From Amoebophrya sp. A120 (lineage: Eukaryota > Protista > Dinoflagellata): a stretch of DNA of 64,000 nt. The DNA is taken from the NCBI GenBank assembly GCA_905178155.1, contig CAJINV010000007.1, positions 3,924,265 to 3,988,264 on the forward strand, written 5' to 3'. This document shows, piece by piece, positions 13,442-27,700 of this stretch (positions are counted from its first letter, which is position 1; each line of letters opens with the position of its first letter). The notes under the pieces were generated by a model that saw nothing but the letters and a program-made list of their open reading frames with translations, ran no database searches and had not been told where the DNA came from. Both the position numbers and the translations under genes were made by a program.

Positions 13442-13627
13442 TACTCACGCGGGAGGACCGAGCTGTGTTGCTTTCGCACGCAAACTACTTGGCTCTTGCA
13501 TAGAAAGAAAGTTTTACAGGAAAAGCAAGTAAAAAGAAACTCACGTGGTTACCAACAGACCTGAGAGGAAAAAGCGTAAACATGATCTTCGTCAAAAAGA
13601 ATTGTCTTCACACCAAGTTTTAACATC

Positions 13628-16444
13628 ATGGCTGGTTGTCTTCCTCTCCTGTATTGTTGGCTTTTGGTCGCGCTTTTCTACGTCTTTTTCCTGGCATTTC
13701 TCGCCTACCAGGCCACTTTTTTTGATTCCTTTCATGACATCCTGGGTTCCTGTTCGGAAGCCCACGCGGCGAATCCGGTCGTCACCGCATCCGGAGGAGC
13801 TGGTTTTGACCTGGATAGGTTCTCCGGTGACTGGTACGAGGCGGCGCGGATCGCCAATCCGTTCGAGACCGAGCCAAATTGGCTGGACCGTATGCAATGC
13901 AAAAGCATCGTACTAGTATGAATTGCATATACAAATTTCCTCAGCGTGACAAATGCAGTTTGTAATGCTGTTTTACCTTAGGAAGAAGATTTGTCATGCA
14001 TGTTTGCAATTAGTACGAGTGCGATACTTTTGCACGTGATAGACCGGTATGATCTCCTATTTGTGACTGACAGCGGAAAGGACCACGACACGGAGTTGCA
14101 GCACGACAGCAGCAGCGCGAAGCGAGGGATCGATAGAGAAGGTGGATCATCTCTATTGGCGAACAGCATACAAGATTCGGATCATATCTCGTCGCGGTCC
14201 TCACGACAAAGTCAACGACAAAGAACCTCAACGTGGTCCGAGAAACTTGTAGTGCGGTTGTTTCAGCAACTATTCGACCACGTACCGGGGGGAGTCGTCG
14301 TGGATCGGGTTGCAGCACCAGCTCCAGTAGATCATGAAGAAGATCAGGGGCATCTTGAGCGCGGCTCTCCCGGCGAAAAGCAGGTTTCTAGTCGCGCCAA
14401 AGCACGACCAGCAGCAGCAGAGTCAGAGGCGACGGATGGTGCCGCGCGACGTCTTCATCCAGTAAAACTAAAAGAACTACAACACCTCCGGCCACAACAA
14501 GCAGTAGCAGATGAGCAGGGCCAGATGAGGGCTCTGTTGCAAGAACCTGTAGTAGTTCCTGTTGGTACTACGACAGACACTGACAAATCTTCACGAGCGC
14601 GGAAGGCACCACCACCAGGTGTATCTATTTATTCACTGGACGATGATGAATTCGAGTATCACGTCCACAATCCGACTGTGTTTCACTATTCCCGGTCTCT
14701 CCCGCCACCGGGTTCCTGGCTTGTGAACTGGCTAGACCCGTGCTTGCTACACTTGCCGTTCCAACTTAACATCCCGTTTTGCGACGACGACAGTGTGCTG
14801 CAACCTGCGGCGGAGCGCAGACCAGGAGTTTTGGAGAAGAGCACGGACAGAGAGGACGATGACGAACTTCTCGCACAAGCGATTGAGCAGGCAGATGAAG
14901 TCGATCATGCAGAGAAGAAGTCAAAGTCTACTTCAGCACTACCAGCAGGGGTTGTGGTCGATGTGCCGCGTGAAGGTGGTTACCTCCAAAGAGGACAACT
15001 GGATGACAACCCCGACGGCGAGAAGATACACCCGAGGACTACAGCTGCGACCAGGGTAGAGCCAGGTTCTGGCACAGCTGAAACTGCAGCAGCGGAGGAC
15101 GTAGTATCTTCTTCACGACCACCCGCTGGATCTTCAGGAAAAGGAACTGAGAAAACGGAAAACAAACACAATCATGATCCGCAAGAAACTAAAGAAACTG
15201 AAAGGACACCAAAATTACTATTTTCCTCCGGGGAGAAGGAGAACATCCACATTACAGATAAGATTAAGAAAGGCGTGGACCCCTACCTGCGTCTGCGCAT
15301 TCGTTTGCCCAATAACCTCGTCTGGACCGAGCACGACGCGATTCTCAAATGTGCCCCCGCAGACCCGATTCCCGACCCGGCGACGAACAGCTCCAAGCCG
15401 TCCGGTAAACTCTCCGGGGACTGCGAGGCGCGGTTTTCGTGGTTCCCCATTTTGTTCCGGCACACGGTGACCGCTACGGACTATGAGAGCTACGCAACCC
15501 TGTATAGCTGTTTCAGCTTTGGTGGGATCTTCAAGTACGAGTACGCGTGGGCACTGGTGCGGCATTTACCGCCGAGGATCTTTGTGAAAGACAATAAAGA
15601 AGTTGATTATATAGGTGTTACTGACAAGCATCGGCGGAAAATAAAAGCAGAGCAAACATACGCTGCGATGGTGGCCGAAAATGTTGCGAAAGTGCAGAGC
15701 ATCGTCGGGACCGCTCGACGGTTTATCTTTCCGCGCTTAGTGGAACATCAAGACAGTGGTGCTAGAAAGGAAGTGGAAGTTTCAGGGGACCAGAAAGTAG
15801 AGGAGCATCTGCTTCGAGAAGCAGAGCTGCTCGCGTTGACTCCCACACATCTTCAGCAGAAGGTGGATATTGGAGAAATGCAGCAAGAAACTAGAACTGA
15901 AACATCAAGAACTAATTCGTCGACAACCAGAGCTGGAAGATCAGACGAGCAGAAAGATCTGTTTCAAGATAGGGCAGTACCAACAGACAGTATCCAAGAA
16001 AGCGAGAACAAGGTGAACAAAATTGACAAAGGAGTCAGAGGACAAGAAGCGAAGGTTGAGGCATCTAGTACAGCGTTAGGACCGCAGCCGCGAGTAGAGG
16101 CTACCACAAAAATGCAAACTCCAAAATACTATGTCGAAGATGAAATACAAGAATGCATGCCTCTTACAGGACCGCCGGGAGCAGAAGTGCTGCAGCCGCC
16201 TTCGCTCCGGGTGACAGCTGACGTCGAAGCTGTCTCTCTGTACATCTTCACGGCTCCTTCCACCGGATTTTTCATACAAAATCCGGGCTATTGTTCTTTT
16301 CAAGTAGGAGTGGGTACTACTTTCTCGTTTCCGTTACATCCGGCTGCTAGCTTCTATAATCGGCGCATTAATCTACTCCCGAAATCGTGTACGGCTCCAG
16401 AGGTTGAGCGAGAGAGCACGGAAGATTATGAGGTAAATATATAA
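13628..16444 (+). CDS. Lipocalin (Blc/ApoD-like) with N-terminal hydrophobic segment and a very long internal insertion
   Basis: SCR1 FDLDRFSGDWYEAARIANPFE (about 13805-13870) and SCR2/3 VTATDYESYATLYSC...YEYAWALVR (about 15465-15565), joined across the introner at 13891. Confidence 0.8.
13891..14041. mobile_element. Introner, family H
   Basis: TSD GACCG (13886-90 / 14042-46). Removal gives WLDR-YDLLF. Confidence 0.85.
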
Positions 16445-16939
16445 GTAAATAAAATTGGCATTGCGCACAACCTGTTTGACGACGACGACCGCAGGTAAGC
16501 TGTTGTCGTCTCCGTGGTCCTGTCAATTTTCATGCCCGTTCTTCTTCTTTGTGATCTTCTGTATAGTTCTTGCCTCCTACCAATCTTCTGTGTCGGTTTC
16601 TTGTTCTGTGGTTTGACTACTTCAAGTATGAGGACGACGAGATGGAAACTTTTGTATCTGTGGCGTATTTGACCCCGAGACACCAGAGAGCTACTCCTGA
16701 TAGCTAGATGCTTTATCAAGAGACTTCTTGTTGTTTACTTCTACTTACACTTGACTTTCACTTTTAATTTCCAAGAACTGAAGATGTCGTTGTCATACAT
16801 AGCCGACCTCGTTTATTCCACCGCGTCTCCTGTACGACTTTGCTATTTGGGTTGTTTAATCTTGATTGATATGTGATTATTGTGCCTCATCTTCGGCTCG
16901 TAAGTTTGAAATTTTTTTCCAACAAGAATTTCCAACGAG

Positions 16940-19900
16940 ATGCAAGCCCCACCCATAATGATGCAGCCTCCGCCGATGATGCAACCGCCGGTCATGTCTC
17001 TGTCTCTCCCCGCAAGCATAACCTCTCCGAACGCGATGCCCCAACTGCCACCGGCCAGCACCCCTCCGCCGGTGAATCTGATGCAGATGCAGGCTCCGAA
17101 ACCGTTGCAGGTGCAAATCCAGACGCCAGCCTCTATGGTCTCCGGCGTAAACTCCCTGCTGAACGGGCCGCCTGGCGGAAACATTAGCGGGGCTGCGAGC
17201 GCGGTCGGTGGGGCGTCGTTTCTCAGCGGAGCGCCGCCCGTTCCCAGGAACCATTTCGCGGGAATGGATACGAGGCAAAAGAGGCCGAGCACGCCATCGT
17301 CCGCACTGAACCAGTTTTCCATGGCACCGCCACCGGGGAACAGTACTTCCGCGGGTATGAGCAGCGGTGGTCAGCCAGTGCCGGTAAAAACACGCTGGTA
17401 GTCTTCGATGTAATGCGCGCTGGTGCGCCGCACTTTTTGCTTTCAAATATCAAGACAATCTGCGTGGCAAGGTAGTTGGTCTTGGTGCATGTAGATTCTT
17501 CATCCATGCCAAACCCAAAAATCCCTGTTCACGTGCAATGAAATACACTTAAAAGCTGAAAGAGATCCGATGCGCACTTCGTTCTGCATCTGCACCAGAC
17601 ATCATGAAATCGAAAATAAAGTTGCATGAAACACAAACCAATTACAACAGATAGCAACCGCCGCTGCAACGCAGCAACCCCGGAAGGTTTTGAAGAATCT
17701 AGCCTACCATTTGCGGGACCAAGCGCGGATCATTCAGTTGAACCACCCAGAGTCGCTGGACCAATACAAATCACTCGGGATTCTCTTTGACCTCGTGGAT
17801 CTGTGCGACCAGGCCGCTGCGGTGTCAGACTCGCGTTTCGCAAAAGACGAATTGCTATGCTTTGCACATATTTCGTCCTTATCGCCCTGGGTCTGGTAGG
17901 ATAAAGAACTCGTTATAGTACTGAATTGCGCAACGAGAGTCAGACTCCTGGAATGCTTGACACGTTTTTTCTTGAGCGTTTTCTCAATAAGCGAATGCGT
18001 AAGCGAGAGTATGTATGTGATGCGCATTTTTTGCATGACAAAAATGAACAAAGTGGCGGCCTTGATGTCCTCGGTCATGCATATAGAAATTCAATTTTAT
18101 ATACAGGACATCGTGCGGCACGTGGCTGAATGTGAATTCTTGTTATTCAGGATACGCAATACAAGTTGCACTCCTCTAGACCCAGATTCACGAAGATGAT
18201 GCTTTCATCGGATAACTACAGACGCTTTTCTGGCGCGCAGTCGACCTGTTGAAGCAATGTCCCGTATATGAATTGATTCATTGAAAAGCTGCATTTAACA
18301 AAACATCACCAGGACAACTTGTTCTTCCTTGAAAAAGAAAAAGCGCACTGCTAAGAATGAAGGAACTCAAAGTTTTTGTTGCATCAGATCACCTTTGTTG
18401 CATCAGGTCGCCGGCTAATTGCCTACTTACCAATCGTGCAGAGAGACGTTTAGGTTATCCTTATCCCCACAGGAAAATACAATCCTAATCCAGGTTGACG
18501 GGCTTTCCCCCTTCCGATCCTACGGTCTACGGCTGGAACACACCATCCAGGCCATGTGGGCGGCGTATGCGCAATATGACAGTGCACAACTCGTCCCCCT
18601 CGCCCTCATTTGAAGGGCATAAGGAGCAACACAAGTCCTGGCATGAATGCAGCTTTTGCATGAAAAATTCGCGACCGATTCTAGTGCTGTTTAGGGTTCC
18701 GAAATCTTTCACGCAAGTAGTGGCGCCAAAGGGGAAAGAATGGATTTCTTTGGTATTTTGCATGACAAATGAGAGGGTGGGGGAGTTGTGCACTGTCATA
18801 CGCAAAGGCCGCCGGTCAAGGATGTTCCGGCTGCGTTCGAAGTGCCCGAGATCCGTCTGTTGCCAGTGGGGTCGCAGGTATAGCGGACGAGCAGTGGCTT
18901 GAATTGGATACACACGTTTTTGACGCATAGAAGTAGCCACGTTGTGAACGAAAAAAGGATAATGAAATTTCCATGCGCATGCGTATAATAGGTGAAACAA
19001 AAGAAACACCACGATCACGATCATCACAAATATTTCCAAGGTCGAGTACTACTCGAACACCTACCGAAGATGGATGGAAGCAACTGTGCTACTATGCACG
19101 GAGAATAAAGACGGCTTCATAAGCAGCTTCACTGTTTTTTTTCCGCAGTGCTGGTGGAACCAGCATCATGTCTGCTGTAGTTCGTTGTATGACAGAGATT
19201 AAATAAAGCTGTGTTAGGCATTGCTTCTTCTGACGACCGGGCGTAATTCGAGCATGTTGTGCGTGTGTGTGTGTGTGTCGCTGTCGCCGCTAGAAGATGA
19301 AGACTCGACGAGGCTTCGCAAAAAAATGTCACTAAGGTCATCATGATCTGAAGTCTGCTTCTGACTGCAATCTTGAGGCATCGTTTCTTCTCTCCGATAT
19401 CTTGGCCATCTCCCAGAAGGTGATTATCAGCTCGACATTCAAGCGCATGCGAGGAAGGAGAATGTGCGGGTACTTGTGCAGATTTTTGCTATAAATCGAA
19501 CAACGAGCAGGCTACACCTATCGAATTACTTTGCATTTTTCCACCGATTTGAATCAGTGAAATTTGTTTTCTTCTTCTCGTGCCTGCGTAACAAGAACGG
19601 AGGATGCAAACAAGAAATAACATCGAGGAACGGCTGAAATAAAGCTCCTCCTGCAACGAACACATTATACTTTTCAATTTCACGACGTTTATATATACGC
19701 CTAAACCTCCACCAGGCTGTGATCACCCGTTCTCGCGAGCACGCACAGAGTTCCTCCGACCTGCCCCAGCCTCCACGAACGCAGCAACAAGGTTTGTCGA
19801 ACGACCTTAATGGCGCTGCAGCACTAGTAGCGGCTGCGGGCGGGGTATGAGAGTGCACAAATCCCCCTCCCCCTCATTTTTGTTGCATGAGCAGCAATAA

Positions 19901-20842
19901 AAACCCCAGCGCACATTCATTGAGCCTGCGCATGATAACTTCATGCGCGTCATCGTGTAGTACTGTTTAGGCTTCCTCCAGAATCTGTCATGCAAACGGT
20001 GCCACGAGGCAGCCCAGCGCTTGGAATTGGATATGTAATTTTGCATCAGAAATGAGGCAGATGAGGGGGAGTTGTGCACTGTCACATGGGGAGATCGCTT
20101 CGACGCCGACCGGAGAGCAAGGGGCGACGTACCCCCCGGGGACCATTGTGGAGTATTGGTCCACGATATTCACAAAAAAAAGACCCATCTTCCCCATCCA
20201 AAGCATCACATGCAAAACGCGTTTCAAATCCTTTGTCTGTCATGCAAAAAATGGATGGGGATGGATCATTTTTGGTGGATACACGAGTCTCAACCAATGG
20301 ATTCTCGCCGAGGTTTTGAAGTACAACCTGCACAACAAGACGTACCAGCTGGACTGCAAAAACAACGCGCCGAGGGATCGGATCAGACGTATGCCACCAA
20401 TTTCATCTAGAAACTCATATTATATACGGTTTGCAGACCGCCACGTAACAGTTTCTGATCCTGAGCTTGTAAAAATATTATTTTCACTGCCAGGTCCTTG
20501 TAGTATAATCGAAATCAGCGATTGGCAGCAGTTCACCAGAAATCGTTCTTCTCAACATCAGTAGACCACTGTGTGTTTCACAGTACTTACAACATACAAC
20601 GAACAACCCAGCCCATGCCCGCTCTCCCCGTGACGTCCGCCCGCTCACAGAGCACACCCGGCCGGTCTTACAGAAGTGCAACGACCACGACGGCGCGTCT
20701 TCGCAGGTCAGTAGCGCAGCCGGTGGAGGACCTCTCGCCTCGTCCAAGGAGAATCACTATAGCAACAAGAGCAGATCGCAGTCCAGGGGGGCGAGCAAGG
20801 ACCTGGCGGGAAGCCGGCAGTTCGCGGGATCCCCGCCCATGA
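16940..20842 (+). CDS. Multi-exon protein: Pro/Met-rich N-terminus plus two Tudor/Agenet/SH3-like repeats
   Basis: Two homologous units after splicing: PVGSQVEYYSNTYRRWMEATV...DYQLDIQAHARKENVR and PPGTIVEYWSTSLNQWILAEV...TYQLDCKNNAPRDRIR. Gene ends approximate. Confidence 0.6.
18575..18800. mobile_element. Introner, family B (TATGACAGTGCACAACTC TIR)
   Basis: 18-bp perfect TIR plus CCCTCATTTG/CAAATGAGAGGG subterminal IR. TSD CGCAA. Removal gives AAYAQ-RPPVKD. Confidence 0.92.
19846..20086. mobile_element. Introner, family B
   Basis: TSD CGGGG/TGGGG. Removal gives AAGG-EIAST. Confidence 0.88.
20167..20281. mobile_element. Introner, family C (TATCCACAAAAAA..CCCATC TIR, about 115 bp)
   Basis: TSD CACGA. 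Removal gives EYWST-SLNQW. Confidence 0.88.
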
Positions 20843-21468
20843 GCCTGCAAGAAGCACCGACCCCGGGAACGAAGGAAACCCGGGAAAAAGAATTGAGCGC
20901 CAGTACTGTGTGCGTGTGTGTGGATCATATTTTTGCATTGTTATCGACTTGCTTCAAAACTTCTCTATTTTTTCATGCTAGTACCCAAGTAGAACTCACT
21001 GCAAGTGCAAACGATAGCGAGCACTGCGTATTTTTGAAAATAAAGATAGAGTCGCTATTAACATCGACATGAAAAAAAATCGACTCAAAACAGTGGAGCC
21101 GCCGGAGGATCCAGAAGCGAAACTGGTGGTAAAAACGCATCACGACGTATCCGTCGCAAAGACGTACCCGACCAGTACTTTTCAGGCGGATCTGGGATCT
21201 TCAGTTGTTTTGCCTGTGTCGTGTTTGAGCACTTGTCATGCTTGAAGTTGAACATAAGTAAATGGATGTGTGATGCGGCTGAGCTAGCTGATCTTGACAC
21301 CACTGCCGCTGCGCTCTCAAGTTTGTAATGCATCACTCGCAAAGATAAAGTTGTGCATGTTGTGTTGCTTTGTTTGTGTACCAGCGGAGTTGCTCTTATT
21401 TCGCTCTATTTGAGTCTGGGGTGGGTACGGCTCTAGTACCTGGGATAAGGTATGAAAACCGGGAAGAT

Positions 21469-22303
21469 AGTACAAACCGAAATTGATCCAGAGGGCGGAC
21501 CTATCCACAAAAAAAAAAACATTCCCATCCAATTTGTCATTACAAAATATCATGCGTAAACTCCAGTATTTGTCACGCAAAATAAAATGGATAGGGACGG
21601 TTCTTTTTTTGTGGATAGGACAAACGAAATTCATCTACGACTACTCCGATACGGCTAACGCCTCTGCGAAGCCGGCAATGCGAAGATCTGCTGTGATGCG
21701 GGAGCAGACTGCCGATTTCATCCGTACACCAACACTCAAATTTTGATTTTGGCACTTGGGTTCTTGGAATGAAACAAGAGAAAAACGTATCTTAGGTGTG
21801 GAGTAACTCTATCCCAGCTCTTTCGTTGTTTTCCATGCTCCTGTACTAGAAGGATAGAGCAGAACACGCAAGAACAATGGCTGTAGAACATCGAATTGAA
21901 TTTTATTGTTCAACGGTTCGTGTACGTGTTCGATATTTATATCCCAGGCAACAGCGGCAAGCACCGCGGCCCGCCCCAACTGACCGTGCACGTGATGACA
22001 AACCCTGCGGACCAAGCTGGTGGTAATTACGCGACCAACTTCCCGCCCACAGGTTCCTCGGACCCGGCCGCGCACCAGCATGCCATGAATAGTCGGTACA
22101 TGTCGAAGGTGGACAAGTTAAAGCAGCAATCCGAAGACACCCGAAATTACACCATGAAGAAAGTGGACCAGCTGACTCGCAAGGCACAGCAGCTTGTCGA
22201 GAGATTCGAAAACGACGAAATGAACCTCGATTTGAAACAGTACGACATCCCTAAGTTGTATGCCGAGAAAGCAAAATTGTTTCAGTGTATATGTCGTGCG
22301 TAG
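21469..22303 (+). CDS. Hypothetical protein, partial model (coiled-coil-like exon)
   Basis: VQTEIDPEGG-QTKFIYDYSD across the introner at 21502. Later exon MSKVDKLKQQSEDTRNYTMKKVDQLTRKAQQLVERFE. True ends uncertain. Confidence 0.45.
21502..21617. mobile_element. Introner, family C
   Basis: TATCCACAAAAAAA...TTTTTTTGTGGATA. TSD GGACC/GGACA. Confidence 0.85.
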
Positions 22304-24730
22304 CAGTTATATCAATTTACATGATCAAGCAAGAGGGTTGCACACTCCGACATCGGGCTGGCTGCCCGATGTCGACCAGCTTCCGCTGGTTCTCTGTCCT
22401 CTATCTAGAATCTCCGCCTCGTCCGGGCTTGCCTGGACTCGGCGTTTTTTCAGCTCTTCGGTTCTCGGAGAGTGGATAGTTTACGGAGGAGTGTCTCGAT
22501 GAGAAAGCGAGGCGTACTTGTACGCTTCAGGCCTTCGCTCTGGTTCTGCTTCGCAGTTCCGCCTTGTCGTTTCCGGCATTGCCGATCCTTAGCGTGGATC
22601 ATTGCGATGTACGACAAGGAAAGAGCTCCGGTGGTTCCGTCGCCATTGACCTGCTCAAGCCATGAGCAGGACATAGTAGACGGCGTGCACACTGCCGCGC
22701 GCATGTAGCCCGGCCCAGCCGGGCGCTGGGATATCCTTCTGACCGGGGAGGATGTCTTGGTGGGAAGATGGCCGATGCGCGGCTCTTACAGAGCAAAGAG
22801 TTCGCGTGCTTCGGCTGTTTTCCAGGCTATCTTCTGGTGGTGGTTTGAAGAAGTCGATGACGGCTCGCGGTTCTCGCGAGTCCCACTGCTCGGGGAGTGG
22901 AGAGGTGCAGCCGCTGCGATGCAGTGCCTGCGCCTCTTCACGCCGAAAAAGGCATACGTCCGGCGGCAGCTTAGCCTATGGCTGGCGCCGCTTTATTCGG
23001 CAACGCGCAACGGTCAACAGCGCAGCTGATTACAGCTGTGGCCTGCCGCTCTGTGTGTCGCGGGCGGTTCGTGTTTTTGCGCTTAGCATCGTAAGGCGCA
23101 ATGTTGCACAAGATGTTAAGACGGACGCGGGCCGCTCGCCTGTCATTGATGAAGCCGTGCGAGCAGGGGCGCCGTGTTTCACTTTGACAGGAATTCCTTA
23201 CTGAAGAGCCTCACCGAAGGCCAAGGCTACTGGTATCCTAGGGCGATGCTCGCGAGGTCAGTGACGTTGTCACTGGCCAGGGCCAGAATAACACACTACA
23301 CGCACACACAGCATCAAGCTAACGCTGACAAACACCCACGAAGGGGCACCCCGCGCCCGCATACCCCCCCTCGCCGATGGCAGGGGGGCGCCCGATGGGC
23401 TGACTATTTTCACACGAATTTACTACGCGACTTGTTGTAGTTGCACAGACGCCGGCACAGCCGATGGCTGTGCCGGTGAGATGAAGGCTTCGTTCTCCCC
23501 GCCACACCTCCCAGCACCTGGACGCGCAACTCCACAGGCACAGCCCCGCAGGCGCGGCGGTTATGTTGTTGAGTCGCATGGCTAGGTCGCATGTATTCGT
23601 TGGTGTGCACCACATGCGACGTCGATGATGTCGCCTGCGGGTGCTGGGTTGGGGTTGGGCGTCCACGACATTGCTGCTGCATCTCTTCGGGGTTTGCAAA
23701 TGCCGTGTCGTAGCCATTGCGCCGGCGCTTGGCTCTTTCCACGATGTGGATGTCGCTGAGTCGCTTGTGCTTTGGTATCAGGGGTGCTGACTTGGAAGGA
23801 GAGCTGAGCGCGTTAGCCTATCGGCGTCGTTGCTCCGTCCTTCGCCCCTCGACGTCGGTCCGCCGGCGTTGATTGCCTGTAGGTGATTAGCGCAGTCGAG
23901 GGGTTCAGTGGTTGGTGTGGGGGCGAGGAGCTGTGGTGCAGTTTTAGCAGGTCCTTCTCCTGTGTCGGATTTCTCTGCTGTTCCACGAGCCAGAGAAGTT
24001 TGATTCATCCAGCGTACCTAGGGACGCTTATTTTGCCTTTTTACATCTGGAGCGCCGATCCTGGTGTCTCAGACAGGTCGCAGCGCGATGTGCTGCGTCC
24101 GCTAGATCACGACATACCCGCGGGAACTTCCCGGAACTTAGTCACGATTGGGAGCAAGACCCCGCAGCGCCGCCCGGGTTCCGGGCTCCACCGCGGGGCC
24201 CTACCCCGGCGCGTTTCCCACGTGCTCGCTACCTAGCTACAACACAGCCCCGCGCGCCTGGATCTCTGCACCGACAGAGCCAGGCTGCCCCGTTGAGTCA
24301 CATTTGGGGAAGATGTTCGGCGGGCCATGTCGTGTTCCACGGCTTGGCCCACCTTCACGTCCGGGGCGTGGCTCTGTGGGGTTTGAGAGCTTGGCTTGCG
24401 CGGCTTGCTACTTGTAGCTTGCTGTGCCGGCCGGGTTCTCTTCTTGCTCGCCAGTGTGACCGTCGCAGGGCGTCCCGCGACGAGGACTGCAGCGCGCGTC
24501 AGCACTGCCTTCGATTATCATAGCTTCCGCGCGCTTTCGCTCGTTGGGTGAATTGCGCTGGGAATGTGAATTTATATATATTTGTGATGCAGGACGAGTC
24601 GTGTGAGTAGAGAGTGTGCAGCTACTACGCAGAGGTATTTTTTTTTGGATGAAGGGCCGACTTGTGCTGCAGATCATGGAAAAAATCACCACATTCATTT
24701 CACACTGAAGCATGTTTTTCCTACGACAAG

Positions 24731-27700
24731 ATGAGTACGATCCAGCCGCACGGTGGTAATATTCCGGGCTTTGGGCCTCAGGGCGACATCAACATGCGAG
24801 CCTCATCCAACATGCGGCAGAGCAGTGGTGCTGCAGCGGGGATGAATAGTGTCCGGATGAGCCAGAACCCGTTATCCAGGAAAAAACACCCATCGTCCCC
24901 ATCCTTTTTTTTGCATTCCGACCACTGGATTTTAGGCATGTTTTGCATGACGCATTGGATGTGGATGGGTCTTTTTTGTGGATGCCCGTACATGCAAGAA
25001 TATTTCGAGACACGAACCGAAGAGGGGGACAACTTGGAAGGAGATAAGTACGGGGGTGTCAGGAGCGAAATCGTCAAAGTTGATTATAGTTTGTCATGCA
25101 TAAGTAAGATGCAACGCACAAGCTGCCTCTGCTCTTGCAGAAGATGCAAGGGAGGCAGATTGTAGTGCTGGTAAGGGTCGAGAAGTGGGCTGCTGATTAG
25201 CATGACAGAGTGGAGCCCTTTTGCCCTAAACTAACAGCATGACAGAAGAGACTTGCTTCACAGGCAAAGAAAATTTATTGTCATGCGCCGGCTATAAACT
25301 GTGGCCCCAACAACTGGTGCCGATTTTATGCATATACACATTTTTTCTACTTTGTCGATTTCGATCCTGACACTTCCATAATGACGGGACCGCAGCGGGA
25401 TCGCCACCGCCGGGAGTGGGACAACATCGTGGTGGCGGTGGTGGTGAGGACCGTCACTATCAAAAAATGATGAACAACACTCCGGTGATAACCTCCAGTT
25501 CGTCATCCGCCAGAGCGGGCGCGGGAAACAATCAGGTATGCACTGCAAAAGTAACGTACTAGTATCTATAAATTGCATTACAATAAATTTAAATTCTCGC
25601 AAGAAGAAATTAGAAAAGTGGAATTTGTAAATACTGTTTTACCTTTGGACGATTGTCATGCATATTTGCAATTAGTTCGAGTGCGATACTTTTGCAAAGC
25701 ATATCACGGAAACTACAACAAGCCCAGCAACGTAGTTGCAACCAAGCAGCCGCGCAAGATGAGCGCGTACCCAGACAGCGAGAGCAGTGAGGTATGAGAG
25801 TGCACAACTCGTAGCTCCACCCCTCCCCCTCATTTGTATAGCACGAGCAGCAAGAACAGAAGCAATGCCACAAGTGTAGCTTTTGCATAACAAGTCCGCT
25901 AAATGGAATGTAGCCCTGTTTGGGCGTCCAAAACTTGTCATGCGCAGAGTGCCTCAAGGCAAGCTGCAGTAGATTGAGATTCAAATGAGGGAGTAGAGGG
26001 GGAGTTGTGCACTGTCATATGAGGCCGATGAGAAGTCCTCCTCCTTTATTCCCTGAAAATCAACCATCCCTATCCACTTTTTGCATGAGAAAAGCCGACG
26101 CCGGCTCTACTCCATGTAGAAGTTTTGCATGGCCAATGATTGGATGGGTATGGTAAAGCTTCACCGAATTATATCGTTCCACAGCCGCAGCAACAATAAT
26201 AATTCTCGGACCAACAACAAAGTGAACACCTCTTTTGCCTCGAACTCGACCCGGAACGCGAACTTGTCCCGGATGCTGGACTCAGGGAGGAAGCCGATAT
26301 GGGATTCTCAAACATTGCACTGTTTGCTGTTACATGAATCGTCATGCAAAACTGCCATCAGGAGCATCCAATTGCAATTCCAAACGCTCAAGCTACTGCG
26401 CATGACAAATCTTCGAAGGGCGAAACAGCATTGAATTCTGTGTCGAGTTTGTAATGCGATGGGTGCACCACAAGCAAGTAGATCTCCAACTGTTGCTATT
26501 CTTGCGTCACAAATTCAAACTCATACTCATGTAACAAGTGGCATTATGTAACGCTTGATCTTGAGAACTCCATAACCGAAGCCGGTGAAGTTGGTGAATT
26601 ACGGAGCGTACGCATTGCAATATAAAATACGTTGTATCGTGCTACGTATCTATCTCTAAACTCTTCTATCTATTCCTATGGGTTGTGCCAGAAATCTCAT
26701 GGCAAATACTTTAGTTCAGAAGAAAAAAGCCTTTTTCTCATGTAGACGAAGGGAGCTCCCCTTCCTTCGTGCAAGACCGCAATTCGTAATTATACAACGA
26801 GTGCGATACAACTTTTGCACAGAATAATAGAGCGGACTCGGATTCGGACTCCGACAATATGACCGCGGTGAACTCAGTTTTGAATCGGAGGAAATACCAA
26901 CCCTGGAAACTACGGTCATCGCCATTGTATGACGAGGAGGATCGAGGTATTGAGTTCTAAGTGGTATAGACCACAGATGTTGAAGAACGCTCTTTATTCT
27001 CATTTCTCTTTGTGGATTTGCTGTACTCCTGCCTCACTAGCAATGTTTTTTTTTTTCCTAGTATCGCAATGGCAATCTTCACTCTGACTATGTTGCTGCA
27101 GTTGCAGTTACAACAAGAGGTTTGCTTTTCATCTAGAAGTGCAGGACGACAGCACAGCCTAATATTTTTTTGCTGCAAGATTGGAATGAACAACGAGTAG
27201 AGACACCGCACTTATTCCTCAGGTAGTACCGAGCTCTCCTTTGGTGCAAATAAGCGATCCGGTGGTCGACCGAAGAAGAAGTGTGAGACTGCTTCGGTGC
27301 GGAAACGCACCAGCGATAGCGACGAGATGTTTTCGGATGCCGACGACAGCTTAGCGGTCGGCACGCGGGGCCAAACCGCGTGGGATTTTGTGTCTATCCC
27401 CTCGAAAAACACGGACGCAGGTGAATCATCCTCATCGCCCGACAAGAATAAAGCGCCGAATGAAAACGGGAAGATGATGAAAAACGCAAATAAAGAGAAG
27501 GAGCAACAAGCGATCGACGTTAAGAGCGAAAAGGGCGGTGCGTCGAGCGGTGGTGAAGTTGAGGAGGAAACGAGCCCCGCGCGGCGCGGCAGTACTTCTA
27601 CAACCGCAGGTAATAAACTGCGGACCCAGAATCAGAAAAAGAAGGCCAATTTTGCGACCAGAAACAACAACCGATCCGCGCACGCGTTGGGGGGCGGTCG

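Noticed and set aside
22378-24530. AGCTTCCGC 9-bp direct repeat as the TSD of the GC-rich block
   Set aside because: A 9-mer match between loosely defined boundaries could easily be chance, and there are no TIRs next to it.
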